This document shows positions 6,715-11,375 of a stretch of DNA of 11,375 nt, piece after piece. Both the position numbers and the translations under genes were made by a program. The stretch covers positions 13,559-24,933 of the forward strand of contig CAZZXB010000030.1 of the NCBI GenBank assembly GCA_964658025.1. Reading direction: 5' to 3'. Under the pieces are notes generated by a model, which saw nothing but the letters and a program-made list of their open reading frames with translations, did no database searches and was not told where the DNA came from. The stretch comes from an uncultured Janthinobacterium sp. (GTDB lineage: Bacteria; Vulcanimicrobiota; Vulcanimicrobiia; Vulcanimicrobiales; Vulcanimicrobiaceae). Position 1 is the stretch's first letter. The number at the start of each line of letters is the position of its first letter.

Positions 6715-8100
6715 CTACGCTTCTCGGGCTGCCAAGCCGCCGTCGGCGATCGCTTTCGCGAATCGTGCGTGGTCTTCGATGGCTCGGTCCGCGTAGCGCG
6801 TCGCGAAGGTGACGAGCGCTTCGTCGAACGCGTCGCCGCGGCCGAGATACCCCGCGATGTGTGCGGCTTTCCCGCTCCGCGCGTGCGCGCCCGCGAGCGT
6901 GCGCCCGCAGAAGCGGGCGAACTCCGAGAGTTGATGGTCGCCCATATCCTCGAGGTCGGGCACGCCTTTCATGTCGCGCAATTGTCGGATGTAGTAATCG
7001 CGGCCGCCTTCGCTCGCGTATCCGAGAAAGAGATCGCTCGCGGCTTGCATCGTCCGTTGACCCGCAACGACGCGCATGCCGTGCGACGGATAGGTCGAAC
7101 GATCGAGAACGTCTTCGAGTACCGACGGCCCCGCTTCTTTCATCTGTAAGATGAGCGGATCGTCGTCGTCGGCGAGAAACAACGCCGCCGCGCACCGCGT
7201 CCCGACGCTCCCGACGCCGACGACCTTGACGACCCAATCGACGAGACGGTACCGCGCGAAGAGCGATCGCACGTCCGGCGAAAGCGAGGCTCGATACGTA
7301 TCGAAGAGCTCCGTGACGTCGAAGAACCGGTCTTCGTGCGCTCCGACGTGATAGACGATCGGCACCTCGTCGACGAAGCGCCGACGACCGTCGCCGTCGA
7401 CTTCGGTCATGTCGTCGAACGCCTTTCGGATCGTACGCCGACCGACACCGTCCACGTAGGTTCTGCGCTCCTTGCGGAGCGTCTTCGATCCGGCGGCCGC
7501 GAGGATATCGCGGACTTCGACCCGCGCGTACCACGTGTCGAGCGTCGACATCGTCGCGAACGCGAGCATGTTCTCGCGATACACGGAGACGGCGTTACGC
7601 ACCGCGTCGCGCGCGTCGCGAGCGCTGCCGTCGATATCCTTCGACGCCAGGACGAGACTCGCGGCCAAGCGTTTGAGATCCCACTCCCACGGACCCGGAA
7701 GCGTTTCGTCGAAATCTCGGACGTCGAAGATCAGATTGCGTTCGGGCGTGGCGAACGCGCCGAAATTTCCGCAGTGCGCGTCGCCCGAGAGTTGCACGTC
7801 GAAACCGCTAACGGGCGTGGTCGCGAGATCGAACGCCATGAGCCCCGCCGTACCGCGGAAGAAGGTAAACGGCGACGCGGCCATGCGATGACGTCGGATC
7901 GGAACGAGCGACGGCACGCGATCCGCGTTGGCACGTTCGACGAACGCGAGGACGTCGAACGACGGCGGACGATCGGGCAAGCTCGCGTGCGCGGAGCGCG
8001 GCACGCCGGCCCGAGCGGCTTTGCCCTCGGCGATCCGCCGCTCGCGTCCGATCGAGTCGAGAATATCCGTCTCGTCGGGAACGGGAGAGAGGTCGCTCAC
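6715..8100 (-). CDS. DUF2252 family protein (predicted kinase-like fold), about 461 aa
   Basis: RMAASPFTFFRGTA, GDAHCGNFG, FDVRDFDETLPGPWEWDLKRLAAS, KVVGVGSVGTR, LQMKEA, QAASDLFLG, YIRQLRDMKG and LAGAHARSG. Start placed at GTG 8100 behind AAAGGA. The upstream extension to 8271 looks non-coding. Confidence 0.9.
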   Translation of the reverse strand: MSDLSPVPDETDILDSIGRERRIAEGKAARAGVPRSAHASLPDRPPSFDVLAFVERANADRVPSLVPIRRHRMAASPFTFFRGTAGLMAFDLATTPVSGFDVQLSGDAHCGNFGAFATPERNLIFDVRDFDETLPGPWEWDLKRLAASLVLASKDIDGSARDARDAVRNAVSVYRENMLAFATMSTLDTWYARVEVRDILAAAGSKTLRKERRTYVDGVGRRTIRKAFDDMTEVDGDGRRRFVDEVPIVYHVGAHEDRFFDVTELFDTYRASLSPDVRSLFARYRLVDWVVKVVGVGSVGTRCAAALFLADDDDPLILQMKEAGPSVLEDVLDRSTYPSHGMRVVAGQRTMQAASDLFLGYASEGGRDYYIRQLRDMKGVPDLEDMGDHQLSEFARFCGRTLAGAHARSGKAAHIAGYLGRGDAFDEALVTFATRYADRAIEDHARFAKAIADGGLAAREA

Positions 8101-8283
8101 GATATCCTTTGCGTTTCGAGGATCGTCGAATCGCGTCGCCGCCGTCCGTCGTCCGATTCGTTTCGTCGAGGAGCGTTCGTCGGAAGGAACGTTACTCCGT
8201 TGCGGATGGTGGGCGGCGAGGTTCGTGCGACAGCGCGAACCTCGGACCGTAGGAACTTCACCTCGCGTCACGTAGTGCGTCGC

Positions 8284-8769
8284 ATGACTTCGAGCGTACG
8301 TTCGGCCGTTCTCATCGCATCCGCGTTCGCGTTACTCGGCGGTCGCGCGGGAGCCGTCGATTCGCAGCAGACGACGATCGTCCCGAATTTGCACGCGGTC
8401 TCGTGGGCGCCGGGCCCGGCCACGTTGCCGAAGGGCACGCAGATCGTGCTCGTCAGCGGCGATCCGAGTAAGACGGGGCCGTTCGTGCTCCGACTCAAGC
8501 TCGCGCCGAATACGACCATCGCCGCGCATCGCCACGCGACGGCCGAGAACGTTACGGTCCTTACCGGATCGTTCCGGCACGAGGTCGGCGAGCGCGTCGA
8601 CAAGACGAAGGGAACCGAAGTCGATGCCGGCGGATTCGTGTACCTACCCGGGATGACGCCGCATTCGCTCTGGACCGGCGACGCCGAGACGATCATCCAA
8701 GTCGCGGGAACGGGTCCGTTCGGATTATTGTACGTCGATCCGGCCGACGATCCGAGCAAGGGACACTAA
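8284..8769 (+). CDS. Secreted cupin-domain protein (DUF4437-like), 161 aa
   Basis: C-terminal part of the 7336..8769 ORF. It has a signal-peptide-like N-terminus (MTSSVRSAVLIASAFALLGGRAGA), GDPSKTGPFVLRLKL, cupin motif 1 AHRHATAENVTVLTG and motif 2 GGFVYLPGMTPH, plus QVAGTGPFG. Confidence 0.85.
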   Translation: MTSSVRSAVLIASAFALLGGRAGAVDSQQTTIVPNLHAVSWAPGPATLPKGTQIVLVSGDPSKTGPFVLRLKLAPNTTIAAHRHATAENVTVLTGSFRHEVGERVDKTKGTEVDAGGFVYLPGMTPHSLWTGDAETIIQVAGTGPFGLLYVDPADDPSKGH

Positions 8770-8974
8770 GTTTCGTTCGCCCCGGGAGGATCGATCTGCG
8801 AGGCGATCGTTCCCGACGGGACGACGTCGCGCGCGATCGGCGCGTCGTTACTTGGAGTCGATATCCGGTCCTCGCGCGTGCGATTCCGAGCCGACGAACG
8901 ACGACGACGCGTTCGGGGGCTCGTTCGTGTCGGGCGGACGACGTATCCGTGCCTGGCACCGTCGTTCGTGCTCC

Positions 8975-10138
8975 TTATGCGCGCGCCGGAGGCTTGACGT
9001 CGAGCGCTCGGGCGACGCGTTCGAGGCTCGCGACGACGACGGGATCGAGGGCGACGCCGTCGCGCTCGCTCACCACGGCGCGCGCGCGTTCCGGATCTCC
9101 CGCGACTTGCACCGACGTCCGACCGGCGGCCGGAGCGCTCGCGCGAACCTGCGAGAGTAACCGCGAGACGTCGTGCTTGAACGCATCGACGTCGCGAAAC
9201 GTATCGATCCGAATCGCCGCGAAAAAGTGGCTCGTGATGCCGGGTTCGAGGATCTGTCGCGAGGGAGGCATGTCGGGTACCGTCACGCCCCCACCGAGGA
9301 CCGCGCACAAGATCTCGGCCAGGAGGCCCAAGCCGTACCCCTTGTGACCGCCGTTTTCGGTGCCGAATCCGCCGAGCGGAAGGAGACCTCCGGCGATGCC
9401 GGCCGCGGCGTCGGTCGTAGGATTTCCGGTGGCGTCGATCGCCCATCCCGGACGTAGCGCTTCGCCGAGTCGCTGCGCGATCTCGAGCTTTCCGAGGGCG
9501 ACGGCCGTCGTCGCCATGTCGAGCACGAACGCATCGCCGTCGCGTCCGGGGACGGCGTATGCGAAGGGATTCGTGCCGAGCATCAATTCGCGGCCGCCGG
9601 TCGGCACCGCGAGACGTCCGGCGTTCGTCGAAGCGATGCCGATGCAATCGTGTTCGAGCGCTTGCAACGCGTAGTATCCCGCGAATCCGAAATGATTCGA
9701 ATGGCGCACGGTCGCGACGGCGCAGCCGATCGCGCGCGCTTTTTCGATCGTGCGTCGCATCGTGCGAACGGAGACCGGATGTCCGAGCGCGTTACGCGCG
9801 TCGATGGCGAGCGACGTCGGCGTTTCGGAAACGATCGCCTCGCGCGCCTGCGGGTCGATGATCCCGTCGCGAATACGGTCGACGTAGAAACGCTCGAGTC
9901 GCGCGACGCCGTGCGATTCGATGCCGCGCACGTCGGAGGTCACGAGCACGTCCGCCGCGAGGCGCGCGTCTTCGCCACGCACGTTCACCGCTTCGAGCGC
10001 ACGCGCGACGAAGGCGCGGAGTTCCGCCGGCATGAAGCGCGTGCGTTCGTCGCCCGCTTCGGGCTCCGCGCGCACGCGCGTTTCGCGTTCGTCCGCATCC
10101 GTCTCGATCGCAGTCGACAAAAAGTCCGCGTCGCTCAA
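8975..10138 (-). CDS. Ldh_2 family oxidoreductase (type 2 malate/L-lactate/ureidoglycolate/sulfolactate dehydrogenase family)
   Basis: DVRGIESHG, RHSNHFG, GTNPFA, LDMATT, GWAIDATGNPTTD and GGHKGYGL motifs. The TTG start has GAGGT 8 nt upstream, but the exact start is uncertain. Confidence 0.92.
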   Translation of the reverse strand: MSDADFLSTAIETDADERETRVRAEPEAGDERTRFMPAELRAFVARALEAVNVRGEDARLAADVLVTSDVRGIESHGVARLERFYVDRIRDGIIDPQAREAIVSETPTSLAIDARNALGHPVSVRTMRRTIEKARAIGCAVATVRHSNHFGFAGYYALQALEHDCIGIASTNAGRLAVPTGGRELMLGTNPFAYAVPGRDGDAFVLDMATTAVALGKLEIAQRLGEALRPGWAIDATGNPTTDAAAGIAGGLLPLGGFGTENGGHKGYGLGLLAEILCAVLGGGVTVPDMPPSRQILEPGITSHFFAAIRIDTFRDVDAFKHDVSRLLSQVRASAPAAGRTSVQVAGDPERARAVVSERDGVALDPVVVASLERVARALDVKPPARA

Positions 10139-10387
10139 CCGTTCGTACCTCGCTCTTCATCCCGTCGCCCGGGCCCGCTCCGTACATCGCTTCCAGCGTT
10201 CGCACGGACGACACCTCCCCGTGAAGCCCGACGGAGTGCGTGCGCGATGCGCCAAGCAGAACGACGCGCAACCGATGCCGCCGCGTGGTGAACGGAAAGA
10301 CACGAGCGTCGCGCGACGGTCGTCGATCTTCCGGTGCCGAGCCCTCCGCGCCGGAACCTCCACGCTTTCGTTCGGTTCATGCCGCGC

Positions 10388-11359
10388 ATGAAAGCAATAG
10401 CGATCGAGCGGAACGGCGGTCCCGAAGTCCTCGAGATGCGCGAGCTCGCGACACCGGAACTCGTGGCCGGAGAGGCGCTCGTGCGCATGGAGGCGAGCGG
10501 CGTCAACTTCATCGACGTCTATTTCCGCAACGGCACGTACGAGGCGCCCGGATTCCCGTTCGTGCTCGGTCGCGAGGGCGCGGGCGTCGTCGAGGCCGTC
10601 GCCGACGGGGTGACGTCGGTCGCCAAGGGCGATCGGGTCGCGTTCGCGATGGTCGCCGGATCGTACGCGGAGTTCGCCGCCGTCCCGGCCGACCGACTCG
10701 TCCCCGTGCCGGAGGGCGTTTCGCTGCGCGACGCCGCCGCGCTCATGCTCCAGGGCATGACGGCGCACTACCTCGTCAACAGCACCTATCCGCTGCGTTC
10801 GGGCGACGTCGCGCTCGTCCACGCGGGCGCGGGCGGCGTCGGCCTGCTCCTGACGCAACTCGCGGTCGCCAAAGGCGCGACGGTCATCACGACGGTTTCG
10901 ACGCCCGAGAAAGCGGCGCTTTCGAAAGCAGCGGGCGCGACGCATACGATCGACTACACGAGCGAGGATTTCACGGCCGAAGCGCGTCGGATAACGGACG
11001 GTCGGGGCGTCGACGTCGTGTACGATTCGGTCGGCAAGACGACGTGGGACAAAAGCTTGGATGCATTACGACCGCGAGGATATCTCGCGCTCTTCGGCGC
11101 GTCGAGCGGACCCGTCCCTCCGATCGATCCGCAAATGCTCAACCAAAAGGGTTCGCTGTTCTTGACGCGCCCCTCGCTCGCCCATTACATCGCCACGCAC
11201 GACGAACTCCGGTGGCGCGCGGGCGAACTCTTCGCGAGCGTTCTCGATGGTGCGCTGAAGCTACGCGTCGAACACACCTATCCGCTCGCCGGCGCCGCAC
11301 GCGCCCACGCGGAGATCGAAGCGCGGACGACGACCGGAAAACTCTTGCTGTTACTCTGA
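10388..11359 (+). CDS. qor: NADPH:quinone oxidoreductase (zeta-crystallin-like MDR family), 323 aa
   Basis: MKAIAIERNGGPEVL start, GVNFIDVYFRNG, LGREGAG, LQGMTAHYL, HAGAGGVG, GVDVVYDSVG, KGSLFLTRPSL and TTGKLLL. Start set at ATG 10388, where family similarity begins. Confidence 0.95.
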   Translation: MKAIAIERNGGPEVLEMRELATPELVAGEALVRMEASGVNFIDVYFRNGTYEAPGFPFVLGREGAGVVEAVADGVTSVAKGDRVAFAMVAGSYAEFAAVPADRLVPVPEGVSLRDAAALMLQGMTAHYLVNSTYPLRSGDVALVHAGAGGVGLLLTQLAVAKGATVITTVSTPEKAALSKAAGATHTIDYTSEDFTAEARRITDGRGVDVVYDSVGKTTWDKSLDALRPRGYLALFGASSGPVPPIDPQMLNQKGSLFLTRPSLAHYIATHDELRWRAGELFASVLDGALKLRVEHTYPLAGAARAHAEIEARTTTGKLLLLL

Positions 11360-11375
11360 GCGACGACGTCGCGTG

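Noticed and set aside
8101..8271. N-terminal extension of DUF2252 to 518 aa
   Set aside because: Low-complexity Arg-rich sequence crossing the divergent promoter region. A GTG with AAAGGA exists at 8100.
8770..8850. Imperfect GC-rich hairpins between the convergent cupin and Ldh_2 genes
   Set aside because: Stems are imperfect with no U-tract and no recognisable ncRNA or REP pattern.
8693..8977. 88-aa minus-strand ORF (GTG 8959) after TAAGGAG at the Ldh_2 stop
   Set aside because: SD spacing is long (11 nt), the product is Arg/Ser-rich with no recognisable motif, and it overlaps the cupin 3' end. Not fully excluded.
1..11375. CRISPR arrays, tRNA/rRNA, IS elements, tandem repeats
   Set aside because: None seen. 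Recurrent CGCGCG, GACGAC and CGATCG words reflect genome composition and codon usage.

Overview
High-GC bacterial window (about 70% GC by eye, very rich in CGCG/TCGA) with 10 recognisable genes: an SDR oxidoreductase and a TMEM175 K+ channel (+); a minus-strand operon of PadR regulator, ADOP-type duplicated MacB/FtsX permease, periplasmic adaptor and ABC ATPase; a DUF2252 protein (-); a secreted cupin (+); an Ldh_2-family oxidoreductase (-); and a quinone oxidoreductase (+). The main result is not in the ORF track. The efflux operon begins with a near-consensus sigma70 promoter (TTGACT-N17-TATACT) whose spacer holds a candidate PadR operator. Next comes a 41-codon ORF with its own Shine-Dalgarno, whose stop overlaps the padR start (ATGA). 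The padR start has no SD and sits inside a predicted hairpin. Together this suggests a leader peptide or small protein translationally coupled to a PadR-controlled MacAB-like exporter. I saw no rRNA, tRNA, CRISPR array or mobile element. The gene content resembles soil Acidobacteriota/Eremiobacterota genomes, which is inference only.
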